Source of the DNA: Candidatus Nomurabacteria bacterium
GTDB taxonomy: Bacteria > Patescibacteriota > Minisyncoccia > Phycocordibacterales > UBA9973
NCBI GenBank assembly: GCA_020845875.1
Contig: JADLEY010000009.1
Location: 3,907 to 67,906, forward strand
Direction of reading: 5' to 3'
Length of the DNA: 64,000 bases
Notes under the pieces: model-generated
Told to the model about the DNA's origin: nothing
The model's database searches: none
The model's input: only the letters and a program-made list of their open reading frames with translations
In this document: piece by piece, positions 1-9,685 of the stretch
Layout of the letters: each line of letters begins with the position of its first letter
Numbering within the stretch: the first letter of the stretch is position 1
Position numbers and translations under genes: made by a program

Positions 1-2
1 CA

Positions 3-1592
3 GGATCTCTTAACTTCACTGGAGCATTTACCGTCAGTGGTAATGCTGGGACGGTAGGGCAGGTGCTGACTTCTGCTGGAGGGGGTGCACCAACATGGAA
101 CAATATTACTAACGTTGTTTCTTTTAATCAGGCAACTCAATCTCTTTATTCTTCCACACCTATTCTTGCAGCAAGCTCTGGGAATTCAAACGATATATTT
201 CTTGGCCCTTTTGCAGGAATCGGTGCTTCTGGTACTCACGAATCAGTTTTTATAGGGAATTCTGCCGGATATGGTGCTGCTACTGCGAATGACTCCATAT
301 TCTTTGGAGATCACGCAGGATATAATGCAACTTTAGCTTCTAATTCTCAATTCATTGGTGAAGGTGCAGGATGGGGAGCATCTGGTGCGGATAATTCTAA
401 TTTTTTTGGATATTATGCGGGATCAGGAGCAATAAATTCAAGATATTCTAACTTTTTTGGACAATCTGCAGGAAGGGATTCTAACGCCTATAACTCTAAT
501 TTTTTTGGATATTATGCAGGAAATAGTGCTACTGGAGCACAGCACTCCAATTTCTTTGGAGAATATGCTGGTAATGCTGCCACCAACGCCTCATACTCCA
601 ACCTCTTTGGATATCGTGCAGGAGCACTTTTCATTGGTAACAATATAGGTTCCAACAACATCATCATCGGCACCAATATCTCTCTTCCCAACGGAACAGC
701 GAATGCCATTAACATAGGAGGAGTACTTTTTGGCACCAACACTCAAGATAATGTTTTAATGGGAGATCCCTTCATCACTCCACAGACTTCTGGAAAAATC
801 GGCATCGCTACCATCCCTACCACCTATACCTTAGAGGTCGGAAACAGTTCTGTGGGTGGCATCATCGCCTCCTTTACCAACAGTGCAAACACTTGTACTA
901 TCGACACGTCACTCTCTTGTACTTCAGATGAAAGACTTAAAACCAACATCGAAGATCTAGACGATAATACACTCGATAAACTTCTTGACGTGAGAACAGT
1001 GAGATTCAGCTGGCTCAAAGATCCTTCTGCACCAGAACAAATAGGCTTCCTTGCTCAAGACCTCAAACAATACTTCCCAGAGATTGTCTCCAAAGGTCCC
1101 AATGACTACTACCAAGTCAACTACGCGGGTATGACCCCCATCCTCACCAAAGCAATACAAGAGCTTGATATACGGGTCTCCGACATTTCGTCGCTGACCG
1201 AAGACTCGACTTTTGCTGATACGCTTCGCGCATGGCTTGCCAATGCGGGCAATCGTGTCACGCGCATCTTTACTGGCGAAGTGTGTCTCTCTGATGAGGA
1301 GGGGAGCACCTGTCTCAATCGCGGTGAATTGATGCAGCTCAAGACACTCCTTGGAACGCAGGGTGACAATACACTCGTTGATGACGAGATAGGAGAAGAT
1401 GTCCCAGAAACGTCAGAGGAATCAATGGTGCTGTCAGGGGACACTGACGGCACAGCGGGAGAACAGGCTCCCGAAGAAGGTGTTTCAGAAAATATACCAA
1501 CCTCACAAGAAGAGCCTGCCACCGTCTCTCCTGTGTCTGCCGAAGAGGCTGCCCCAGCACCAGAAGCTTCTGTACCGGCAGATACTGTGTAG
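3..1592 (+). CDS. Tail-fibre-like/adhesin repeat protein with C-terminal peptidase S74 (intramolecular chaperone) domain; 5' end lies before the window
   Basis: Frame open from position 3; ~14-aa S-N-F-F-G-x-x-A-G repeats; SDERLKTNI...IGFLAQD...VNYAGMTPILTKAIQEL S74 signature; acidic tail. Confidence 0.85.
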   Translation, partial: GSLNFTGAFTVSGNAGTVGQVLTSAGGGAPTWNNITNVVSFNQATQSLYSSTPILAASSGNSNDIFLGPFAGIGASGTHESVFIGNSAGYGAATANDSIFFGDHAGYNATLASNSQFIGEGAGWGASGADNSNFFGYYAGSGAINSRYSNFFGQSAGRDSNAYNSNFFGYYAGNSATGAQHSNFFGEYAGNAATNASYSNLFGYRAGALFIGNNIGSNNIIIGTNISLPNGTANAINIGGVLFGTNTQDNVLMGDPFITPQTSGKIGIATIPTTYTLEVGNSSVGGIIASFTNSANTCTIDTSLSCTSDERLKTNIEDLDDNTLDKLLDVRTVRFSWLKDPSAPEQIGFLAQDLKQYFPEIVSKGPNDYYQVNYAGMTPILTKAIQELDIRVSDISSLTEDSTFADTLRAWLANAGNRVTRIFTGEVCLSDEEGSTCLNRGELMQLKTLLGTQGDNTLVDDEIGEDVPETSEESMVLSGDTDGTAGEQAPEEGVSENIPTSQEEPATVSPVSAEEAAPAPEASVPADTV

Positions 1593-1632
1593 TCCGCCAA
1601 AAAGAATTGTGTTAGTATGAGGCTACTTTTGC

Positions 1633-1708
1633 GCCGAAGTAGCTCAGTTGGTAGAGCGACGCATTCGTAACGCGTAGGTCGCGAGTTCAATCCTCGCCTT
1701 CGGCTCCA
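1633..1708 (+). tRNA. tRNA-Thr(CGT)
   Basis: GCCGAAG/CTTCGGC acceptor stem, AGCTCAGTTGGTAGAGC D-arm, anticodon loop TT-CGT-AA, GTTCAA T-loop, encoded CCA. Confidence 0.95.
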
Positions 1709-1716
1709 TGGTTTCT

Positions 1717-2601
1717 ATGCATGATAAAGATACAATCAAAGAACGCATCACGCATCTCGAAGCAGCAATGATGGAGCCTACGTTTTGGAACGATGTGCCG
1801 CTCGCACAGGCGCAAATAAGGGAATTGCAGGAGCTCAAAGATGCACTCGAAGGGCTAGGGAAGTATGACAAATGCAATGCGGTGATTACTATCTTTGCAG
1901 GAGCAGGCGGTGACGACGCCGAAGATTTTGCTGCAATGCTGTTGCGTATGTACATGAAGTATATCGATCAACAAGGATGGCGCATCGACTTCCTCCACGA
2001 GCACACCAACGACAACGGTGGGTATCGCAATGTACTGTTTGAAGTGCAAGGCAAGAAAGCATACGGCACACTCAAAGGTGAGTCGGGTGTACATCGTCTT
2101 GTGCGCGTCTCGCCGTTTAATTCCAATGCAAAGCGCCACACATCGTTTGCAATGGTGGAAGTCATCCCAGAATTTTCAGCAGCGGATACCGAAATTGTTA
2201 TTCCTGAGAGTGAACTCGAAGTAACCTTTGCTCGCGCAGGGGGTCCTGGAGGGCAAAATGTTAACAAACGAGAGACAGCAGTGCGTATGGTACATGTCCC
2301 TACAGGACTTGCAGTACATGTCGCTACCGAACGCAGTCAGGAACACAATCGGCAGCATGCACTAGAGTTGCTTAAAGGTAAGCTCTATAAACGAAAGGAA
2401 GAAGAGCGTCGTGCTGCAGAACAGGGAATGCAGATTTCCAAGACGACAGATATTGAATGGGGTAACCAGATTCGTTCTTATGTACTCCATCCATATAAGA
2501 TGATCAAAGATCACCGTACGGGTGTTGAAACAGGAGCTGTGGATAAAGTACTAGAAGATGGAGAGATAGGCATATTTATCGAGGCGGAATCAAAACTGTA
2601 G
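1717..2601 (+). CDS. prfB: Peptide chain release factor 2, short form (alternative start 1708)
   Basis: [14 protein letters not shown] (SPF motif), GGQ motif, [13 protein letters not shown]. Confidence 0.9.
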   Translation: MHDKDTIKERITHLEAAMMEPTFWNDVPLAQAQIRELQELKDALEGLGKYDKCNAVITIFAGAGGDDAEDFAAMLLRMYMKYIDQQGWRIDFLHEHTNDNGGYRNVLFEVQGKKAYGTLKGESGVHRLVRVSPFNSNAKRHTSFAMVEVIPEFSAADTEIVIPESELEVTFARAGGPGGQNVNKRETAVRMVHVPTGLAVHVATERSQEHNRQHALELLKGKLYKRKEEERRAAEQGMQISKTTDIEWGNQIRSYVLHPYKMIKDHRTGVETGAVDKVLEDGEIGIFIEAESKL

Positions 2602-2640
2602 TCCCGGTGTACGGACGTGATATACTATGACCACGTTGTT

Positions 2641-3318
2641 ATGATTACATTTACGAATGTCTCAAAAGTATATCCCAATGGAGCGATCGCATTGGAAGGG
2701 GTGACGCTCACAATAGAAAAAGGGGAGTTTGTTACAATGATTGGCCTCTCTGGTGCCGGAAAGACTACGCTCACCAAACTCCTTTTAGGGGAGGAACAGC
2801 CGACTGAAGGAGACGTGCTCTTTGAAGGGAGAGATGTAACGACTTTTTCTGTGAAAGAGCTCACCGATCTGCGTCGTCGCATCGGGCCTATTTTCCAGGA
2901 TTTCAGATTACTTGCACATAAGACCGCTTATGAAAACATTTCGTGTGCGATGGAGGCGGCAGGGAAGACTGACGAAGAGATTATTTCCGATGTTCCTCAT
3001 GTCCTGCAGCTCGTCGATTTGCAAGACCGTATGTACCATTTCCCTAGTCAGCTTTCAGGAGGAGAAAAGCAGCGTCTTGCGATTGCGCGTGCCATTATCA
3101 ATCAACCCGAAGTACTTCTTGCTGACGAACCAACGGGTAATCTCGATTCAGTAAATACCGAGGAGGTGCTCAATATATTGAGAAAAATTAATGATCTCGG
3201 AACCACTGTTATCCTTGCGACACATGATCCGCAGCTCATAAATGGGCTCGGGGGACGTCTCATTACTGTCGAGAAGGGGAAGATTGTCAAAGACGAACAG
3301 CATCGTCGTAAGATATAA
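2641..3318 (+). CDS. ftsE: Cell division ABC ATPase FtsE
   Basis: Walker A GLSGAGKT, FQDFRLL, LSGGEKQR, LLADEPTGNLD; directly upstream of ftsX. Confidence 0.9.
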   Translation: MITFTNVSKVYPNGAIALEGVTLTIEKGEFVTMIGLSGAGKTTLTKLLLGEEQPTEGDVLFEGRDVTTFSVKELTDLRRRIGPIFQDFRLLAHKTAYENISCAMEAAGKTDEEIISDVPHVLQLVDLQDRMYHFPSQLSGGEKQRLAIARAIINQPEVLLADEPTGNLDSVNTEEVLNILRKINDLGTTVILATHDPQLINGLGGRLITVEKGKIVKDEQHRRKI

Positions 3319-3326
3319 TAAAGCAT

Positions 3327-4250
3327 ATGTTTTGGACTACTTTCAAACGAGTATTGGAATCAGGATGGATTAATTTCCGCAGAAACGGCCTAGTTTCTTA
3401 TGCAGCTATCCTTGTCACGACGATTACGCTTACGGTGATTACAGGACTTTTTCTTCTCAACGCCATACTACATACTACTATCGACAGTATTCAAAAGCAG
3501 GTAGATATTACTGTTTATTTTACGGTAGATGCGCAAGAAGAACGTATTCTTTCGCTCAAACAAACGCTCGAGTCGCTTCCTGAGGTCGCTGCGGTAGGGT
3601 ACATTTCTGCAGATGACGAAGTGCTCGCTTTTCGCGAGCGTCACTCAGACGACTACCTTACTCTGCAGGCGCTCGAAGAGCTCGGCAACAACCCATTTGG
3701 AGGCAATCTCCGTATTAGTGCGCACGACTCTACGCAGTATGAATCTATCGTGAATGTCCTCGAAGGCGACAGTCAGGTAGCGCGTGATAATGCAGAAATC
3801 ATTGATCGCATCAATTTTGCACAAAATAAAGTCGTCATCGATCGACTCAATCGGCTCATTGCGGACTCTCGGGATATCGGACTTATCGTCACCATTATCC
3901 TTTCGTTTATCTCAGTGATTATTATGTTTACGACAGTGCGACTGACTATCTATGTCGTCCATGAAGAAATTGGTATTATGCGTCTCGTGGGTGCTTCAAA
4001 TTCGTATATTAGACTCCCGTTCATTGTCGAAGGAATACTTTACGGTTTCTTTGCATGGACCCTTACTTTCCTTCTTTTTCTCCCTATCACCTATCTGCTC
4101 GGACGATATGCTACTGATGCGCTTGGTCTCAATCTCTACACTTACTACCTCTCACATTTCTTCTCTATTGCTGGAGTAGTGCTTCTCATCGGACTCTTTT
4201 TAGGAGCGCTCTCAAGTGCGTTTGCTGTCCGCAAGTATCTCCGTTCGTAG
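3327..4250 (+). CDS. ftsX: Cell division permease FtsX
   Basis: N-terminal TM helix, extracellular domain, EIGIMRLVGASNSYIRLPFIVEG motif. Confidence 0.9.
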   Translation: MFWTTFKRVLESGWINFRRNGLVSYAAILVTTITLTVITGLFLLNAILHTTIDSIQKQVDITVYFTVDAQEERILSLKQTLESLPEVAAVGYISADDEVLAFRERHSDDYLTLQALEELGNNPFGGNLRISAHDSTQYESIVNVLEGDSQVARDNAEIIDRINFAQNKVVIDRLNRLIADSRDIGLIVTIILSFISVIIMFTTVRLTIYVVHEEIGIMRLVGASNSYIRLPFIVEGILYGFFAWTLTFLLFLPITYLLGRYATDALGLNLYTYYLSHFFSIAGVVLLIGLFLGALSSAFAVRKYLRS

Positions 4251-4336
4251 TCGTTGATTTTTTGTTGAAAAAACGTTATTCTGACACACGCTTGTAAAGG
4301 CGTGTGTTCTGTTTCGAAATTGTTCGTAGATAGCGC

Positions 4337-4407
4337 TGCCAGATCGTCTAATGGTAGGACTACAGATTCTGGCTCTGTGTATCTAGGTTCGAGTCCTAGT
4401 CTGGCAG
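4337..4407 (+). tRNA. tRNA-Gln(CTG)
   Basis: TGCCAGA/TCTGGCA acceptor stem, ACAGA-TT-CTG-GC-TCTGT anticodon arm, GTTCGAG T-loop; CCA not encoded. Confidence 0.93.
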
Positions 4408-4481
4408 CACTGCATGGGAACAATCTTGAGACAGCAAACGAAAACCCCTTCCAAAAGCGGAAGGGGTAAGGCAAAAAGTTA

Positions 4482-5087
4482 CTATGATAGAACACTTTCC
4501 ATCATCTTGCGCAAGTTCTTCAATCCCAGGTACATCCTAGTCTGTATTGTGTTGATAGAAATGGTACTGTCAATGCATTCAGTAATTTTTCGAAAAGTAC
4601 ACCTCTTAAAAAGATGAAGGTAGATCACTTCACGTTGTTCTGCAGGGATTCTTTCTAATAATTCTGGAATAACACGCAGGCTCTCTCTACGGATGAACGT
4701 TTCTTCAGGGCCTTGTTCAATGTAGATAGGACAGATAGAGTGGGTAAGGAGATCAATATCTTCTGAGGCATAATACCAAGTGGATTTCTTTTTGAAACCC
4801 CCTCTTACATGGTCAATCGCCAGGTTGCACACAATTCTTCTTATCCATGCTCGAAATGCATGTTTGCTGTCCATATGATATTTTCCTTCTTTAATAGCAA
4901 TAATTGCCTTGATAAAGGCTTCTTGAAGAATATCCTCAGTAAGGTGTAAGTCTTGTACAATAGGGAATACCACCGAAGCTAAGTAGGGTTGGTGTCGTTT
5001 AACAATGACGTTAAATGCTTCAGAATTTCCTGCTGCAAATTGCAAAACAAGAGTGTAATCATCGAGGGAATAAAGGTTTTTGTTCAT
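4482..5087 (-). CDS. ECF-type sigma-70 family RNA polymerase sigma factor
   Basis: Region 2 (TEDILQEAFIKA...FRAWIRRIVCNLAIDHVR) and region 4 (IPAEQREVIYL...SINTIQTRMYLGLKNLRK). Confidence 0.85.
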   Translation of the reverse strand: MNKNLYSLDDYTLVLQFAAGNSEAFNVIVKRHQPYLASVVFPIVQDLHLTEDILQEAFIKAIIAIKEGKYHMDSKHAFRAWIRRIVCNLAIDHVRGGFKKKSTWYYASEDIDLLTHSICPIYIEQGPEETFIRRESLRVIPELLERIPAEQREVIYLHLFKRCTFRKITECIDSTISINTIQTRMYLGLKNLRKMMESVLS

Positions 5088-5227
5088 ATTTATTTTTTTT
5101 AAAAGAATGAAAGAAATGTAGTGGTAACGAGCCACCAATACTCTGTCGACGCTATAACATAAAATTTTATAAAAGTCCAGTATCTCTTTTCTTAAAGAGA
5201 AAGAAGGGGTGGTATACTAGAAAGCAT

Positions 5228-5941
5228 ATGAAGAAAACACCTGTTATTGTTACCGTCCTTACGCTTCTTATTATTGGACTTCTTTTTATTCAGTCACGCC
5301 ATGATGCTACGAAAGCAACACGACCGATTGTTGCTGTTTTTACTGATCAACAGACGCAGCAAGTAGCGACCGTTTCTTTTGACAATACTACTCAGACTGC
5401 GACGCTCGATGGTGCAGGGTATCAAGGACTCGTATTTACACAAGACATATCAGCCTCTGGTGCACGATATATAAATAATGAAAACAATCTCGTGCTCTGG
5501 AATAAAGGAAATGATATTACCCTGTACGACTCTACTGGGAAATCACTCTTCAATGGAACGAGTGCTGCTGCAGATACGACAGGTACATCAACTGTGAAAG
5601 CGCTCTCTGAATCAGTATGGGTATGGCAGAGTACTGTGCTTGCCAATGGAGATACTATTGCTCCACGAGAAGCAGGAGCATTCGCTCTTACTTTTGGCAC
5701 TGACGGGCGTATCTCAGGGACAACAGATTGTAATAGTTTCTCTGGTTCATACTCAATAGGAGAGGGACAATCGCTTGCTTTTGGTACTTTTGCTGCAACG
5801 AAAATGTTTTGTATGAATTCTCAGGAAGAGGTCTTTACTCAAGATGTCTCGAGGAGTGTCGGATACTCTTTTTCTGATGCAGACTCCCTCGTGCTTGTTC
5901 TTGGAGGAGACGCTGGGGTAATGACTTTTGCAAAGCGCTAG
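5228..5941 (+). CDS. Membrane-anchored MliC-like + META domain protein
   Basis: N-terminal TM; SASGARY...LWNKG (MliC/PliC motif); ISGTTDCNSFSGSY...ATKMFC (META/HslJ motif). Confidence 0.75.
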   Translation: MKKTPVIVTVLTLLIIGLLFIQSRHDATKATRPIVAVFTDQQTQQVATVSFDNTTQTATLDGAGYQGLVFTQDISASGARYINNENNLVLWNKGNDITLYDSTGKSLFNGTSAAADTTGTSTVKALSESVWVWQSTVLANGDTIAPREAGAFALTFGTDGRISGTTDCNSFSGSYSIGEGQSLAFGTFAATKMFCMNSQEEVFTQDVSRSVGYSFSDADSLVLVLGGDAGVMTFAKR

Positions 5942-6010
5942 ACAATTGTTCTCTCTGATTGTCTATGGTATAATCACTGGGTTATTTACCAATAATAACA
6001 ATACGACACT

Positions 6011-6265
6011 ATGCCAAAAGAAAACTCCGCATTTATGAAGCCATTGACGGTAAGCGCAACGCTTGCCGCGGTGGTAGGAAATGGGCCGATGCCTCGCAGT
6101 GAAGTAGTGAAGAAACTCTGGGACTACATCAAGAAGCACGACCTTCAGGATCCAAAAAACAAGCGCAATATCAATGCCGACGAGAACCTCAAAGCGGTAT
6201 TTGATGGGAAAGCAGTGGTCAACATGTTTGAAATGACCAAGCTTGTTTCAAAGCACCTCTCATAA
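6011..6265 (+). CDS. Stand-alone SWIB/MDM2 domain protein
   Basis: LAAVVG..PMPRSEVVKKLWDYIKKHDLQDPKNKRNINADENLKAVF. Confidence 0.9.
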   Translation: MPKENSAFMKPLTVSATLAAVVGNGPMPRSEVVKKLWDYIKKHDLQDPKNKRNINADENLKAVFDGKAVVNMFEMTKLVSKHLS

Positions 6266-6280
6266 ATAAAAAGGCACCTC

Positions 6281-6309
6281 AAAAATCGCCCGATTTTCGG
6301 GCGATTTTT
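6281..6309 (+). terminator. Intrinsic terminator
   Basis: AAAAATCGCCCG-ATTTT-CGGGCGATTTTT hairpin after the SWIB gene. Confidence 0.75.
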
Positions 6310-6354
6310 GTCTTTTGAAAAGAGTGCTCGCAAATAGTATACTAGCGAGAGGGT

Positions 6355-7029
6355 ATGATTCCTGCAGGTCGCTACTTTCTTTTGCTCATTGGAGTCCCCA
6401 TTGCTGTGGGACTTGTCTGTGTGGTGAGTGTCTCTGTTATTTTGACATCGTCGAAGACCTACATCTATAGCACTGCTGTGGAAGTTCCCAAGACAGATGC
6501 GGCACTGATTCTGGGGGCTGGTATTCTCAGGAACGGCGATCTCTCTCCAGTACTGAAGGATAGGGCAGACAAAGCTATTGAGCTGTATAAAACAGAAAAA
6601 GTCTCTCGTATTATTGCCAGTGGGAATAGTTCCTCTGAGGAGTATAATGAGACTGAGCCGATACGTCGATATCTTATCTCAAATGGCATTCCTGATACGG
6701 CTATTCTCCTTGACGGTGCAGGGCTCGATACTTATTCGAGTATCTACCGTGCCAAGAGCGTCTTTACTGTTCAGTCAATGACGATTGTAAGTCAATCATT
6801 TCATCTCCCTAGGGCAGTTTTTATTGCGCGAGAATTGAACATGGAAGCTTTTGGAATGAATGCAGATCGAGGGAAGTATAAGCTTGTCAATTATTTCAGA
6901 GAAATGGCTGCCGATGTGAAAGCAATGGGCAATCTTTTTTCTCGACGTACGCCGACACACCTTCAAGAAGAAGTAGTTCCGAGTGTGGGATCTGATGGAA
7001 GAACGCGCTATACGATCCCTTTATGGTGA
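6355..7029 (+). CDS. SanA/YdcF (DUF218) family protein
   Basis: ALILGAG, IIASG..YNE, DGAGLDTYSSIYRA, VSQSFHLPRAVF. Confidence 0.85.
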   Translation: MIPAGRYFLLLIGVPIAVGLVCVVSVSVILTSSKTYIYSTAVEVPKTDAALILGAGILRNGDLSPVLKDRADKAIELYKTEKVSRIIASGNSSSEEYNETEPIRRYLISNGIPDTAILLDGAGLDTYSSIYRAKSVFTVQSMTIVSQSFHLPRAVFIARELNMEAFGMNADRGKYKLVNYFREMAADVKAMGNLFSRRTPTHLQEEVVPSVGSDGRTRYTIPLW

Positions 7030-7036
7030 TTTTCCT

Positions 7037-7696
7037 ATGACTGCTTTTGTTGAACAATTGATTACAATGATTTTAGCGCAAGGTGCGCTGGGAGTATTTC
7101 TTGCTTCCGTGATTGAAGAGATTATTGTACCGATTCCTTCGACAATCATTCAGACAGGTGCTGCCTTTCTTTTTCTTTCAGGGCATTCATTTTCGATGCA
7201 GTCGATCGGTATTTTTCTTTTCAAAATTGTTTTGCCAACAGCGGCAGGGGCGACCATTGGGACGCTAATGCTTTATGGTCTGGCGTACTGGGGCGGGTTG
7301 CCATTTATCCAACGATGGGGAAAATACTTCTTTGTTACCGAATCAAAGATTCGCCAGGCGCATGATACTGTCCTTTCGCATCGTAGTCTCTTGTGGGGGT
7401 TTTGTATTTTACGGTTTATTCCTCTCTTGCCTAATGCGCTCATTACCGCAGGGGCAGGATTTTTACGGATCCCTTTTTGGTCGTATCTTTGGACAACCTT
7501 TATCGGTATCTTTGTTCGCGCGCTCTATCTTGGTATTACTGGCTGGCTGACAGGAGAAGCATACCAGTCACTTGATGTACAGCGCAGCTTTTTTGGTATG
7601 ATGTCGTCACTTGTTTTAGGAATTACTGTGGTGACTGTCGTTGTCACATTGATTGTTCGTGCGTATGCCAAAAAGACTTTTCGTCGACATCGCTAG
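7037..7696 (+). CDS. DedA/VTT family membrane protein
   Basis: IEEIIVPIPS and LRFIP motifs, multiple TM helices. Confidence 0.85.
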   Translation: MTAFVEQLITMILAQGALGVFLASVIEEIIVPIPSTIIQTGAAFLFLSGHSFSMQSIGIFLFKIVLPTAAGATIGTLMLYGLAYWGGLPFIQRWGKYFFVTESKIRQAHDTVLSHRSLLWGFCILRFIPLLPNALITAGAGFLRIPFWSYLWTTFIGIFVRALYLGITGWLTGEAYQSLDVQRSFFGMMSSLVLGITVVTVVVTLIVRAYAKKTFRRHR

Positions 7697-8513
7697 TTTC
7701 CGCCGCTCCGTCATGCAGCATTATCGTCGTGCTGGCAGACACGATCTTCCATGGCGGCAGACGACAAACTCGTACCGAGTTCTCGTGTCTGAAATAATGC
7801 TACAACAGACGCAAGTGTCGCGAGTTGAGGAGAAATATCAGTTGTTTCTCCGACAATTTCCGACACTTGCTCGGCTCGCTGCAGCACCACTTTCATCGGT
7901 GCTCGCGGTGTGGAGTGGTCTAGGTTACAACCGTCGTGCGAAGTTTCTTCATGAAGCGGCGCGGGAAATCGTACAAAAATACCATGGGAGTATGCCTCGC
8001 ACAGTAGAAGGACTCGAGGCGCTCCCAGGAGTCGGTCCGTACACGGCGCGCGCGGTTGCTGCATTTGCTTACGAACAACCGACAGTGTTTATCGAAACAA
8101 ATATACGCACCGTATTTATTCATCACTTTTTTACGCACAAGCAGATTGTCTCTGATAAAGATATCTTTCCACTTATCGAGATTACTCTCGATAAAAAGCA
8201 TCCTGCCGCATGGTATGCAGCACTCATGGACTATGGTGTGTTTCTTAAAGAGAGAGGTTCTCGAGTGCATCGCAAAAGTTTCCAGTATAAAAAACAATCA
8301 CCTCTGCAAGGGTCACGTCGAGAAGTGCGCGGAGCAATTCTCAAAGCACTCGTTCAACGTAGTCACTCGGCTGCATCATTGATAAAAAAGACGGGATTCT
8401 CGTCAGAACGCATAACAGAAGCGCTTCAGACATTGATAAGAGATGCTATGATTATTCGTTGTCGACAAGAGCAATATCTTCTACCGGGTCAAGATCAATC
8501 GGAGCAGAAGTAG
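7665..8513 (+). CDS. mutY: A/G-specific adenine glycosylase, short form
   Basis: LPWR..YRVLVSEIMLQQTQV, WSGLGYNRRA, LPGVGPYTA HhH motif. Confidence 0.9.
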   Translation: MPKRLFVDIASFRRSVMQHYRRAGRHDLPWRQTTNSYRVLVSEIMLQQTQVSRVEEKYQLFLRQFPTLARLAAAPLSSVLAVWSGLGYNRRAKFLHEAAREIVQKYHGSMPRTVEGLEALPGVGPYTARAVAAFAYEQPTVFIETNIRTVFIHHFFTHKQIVSDKDIFPLIEITLDKKHPAAWYAALMDYGVFLKERGSRVHRKSFQYKKQSPLQGSRREVRGAILKALVQRSHSAASLIKKTGFSSERITEALQTLIRDAMIIRCRQEQYLLPGQDQSEQK

Positions 8514-9657
8514 CAGATTCTTTGCTGTAGATAATCGTAAAAAGTGACATTCCTAGCATGATGATGCCAAGGATAAAAAAGAGTGTTGCGTACATATTCC
8601 ACCCGAGGAGAATAATTCCAAGCATTGGGCCGACAAGGTATGCCAGAGGAACCATGTTGCGGAAAAGGGCAATTGTCGGCGTATCATCGTCTTCGACTGT
8701 TTTGAAAAAATAACTTTCATTGGCGACCTCGATAATACTCGCACCGACGCGAGTGAGGAAAAGAATGAGAGCTACAGCGACCGCGCCTATTTCTCCTGTC
8801 AGTGAAAAAATGAGCGTGGCGACACCGGCAGTAAGAAATCCTCCTGCAATAAGGATACGTTCGTTAGAGAAGCGATCTGCTGCTCGCCCTGCAGGGTACT
8901 GGAGGAGGACAAATGGGATAAGCATCACCGAAAAGATACCACCAACTGCTTCCCAAGAAAATCCAAGAACACGGGTGAGATAGAGCGGTGAATAGATTAC
9001 CATCCATACATAAAAGAGCTGCAGGAAGAAGTTGATGATAATAGCATGTCGAACATTGTCACGTTTTCGCAATCGTAAAAAAAGGTGAGAAAAAGAAATC
9101 TGAGTATAGGGTGCGTCGCGATACCCGCGCTCGCCAATAGCAATTATCAAAAATGCCGACACTACTGCACAGGCGGCGAAGAAATACACAATCCCAAATC
9201 CATAGTGTCCTTCAAGTGCACCAGCGAGTACTGGCATGCCAACCCAAGCGAGATTGTTGAGTGTGAGAAAAAGTCCACGTGTATTTCCTACTTTTTTTTG
9301 TCCGGCAAGGTGCTCGATAAATACATCAAAGCTGTAGTAGACGAGTGAGTTGAGCGCGAAGTAGGGGATGAAGAGAAGAATGCTGGTCCAGTGTCCATTG
9401 GACACACCGATACCGCACAGGAGCAATGCAGAAAGTCCGAAGAGAGTGAGAATAGAACGGAAATTTCCAAAGCGGCGAATAAATACTCCCGAACGATGTA
9501 TGAGGAGTATCGACAAGAGAGATCCGAGCGCAAAGACAAAACTAACAGCCTTGGGCTGCAGAACACTTCCTAGCATGCTCGAATTGATATAGGAGACAAT
9601 TGCTATGTGAAGCGAGAAAAAGAATGCAGCGAGGAAGATAGGGCGGAGTGTTCTCAT
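8452..9657 (-). CDS. MFS transporter
   Basis: About 12 TM segments, GRAADRF motif. Confidence 0.85.
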   Translation of the reverse strand: MRTLRPIFLAAFFFSLHIAIVSYINSSMLGSVLQPKAVSFVFALGSLLSILLIHRSGVFIRRFGNFRSILTLFGLSALLLCGIGVSNGHWTSILLFIPYFALNSLVYYSFDVFIEHLAGQKKVGNTRGLFLTLNNLAWVGMPVLAGALEGHYGFGIVYFFAACAVVSAFLIIAIGERGYRDAPYTQISFSHLFLRLRKRDNVRHAIIINFFLQLFYVWMVIYSPLYLTRVLGFSWEAVGGIFSVMLIPFVLLQYPAGRAADRFSNERILIAGGFLTAGVATLIFSLTGEIGAVAVALILFLTRVGASIIEVANESYFFKTVEDDDTPTIALFRNMVPLAYLVGPMLGIILLGWNMYATLFFILGIIMLGMSLFTIIYSKESATSAPIDLDPVEDIALVDNE

Positions 9658-9685
9658 ACGACATCCTCAGTATAGCAGGAGAGTA

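Noticed and set aside
4482-5087. Functional link between the ECF sigma and the dead Cas12f-like protein (RNA-guided activation)
   Set aside because: They are ~45 kb apart with no sequence evidence of linkage
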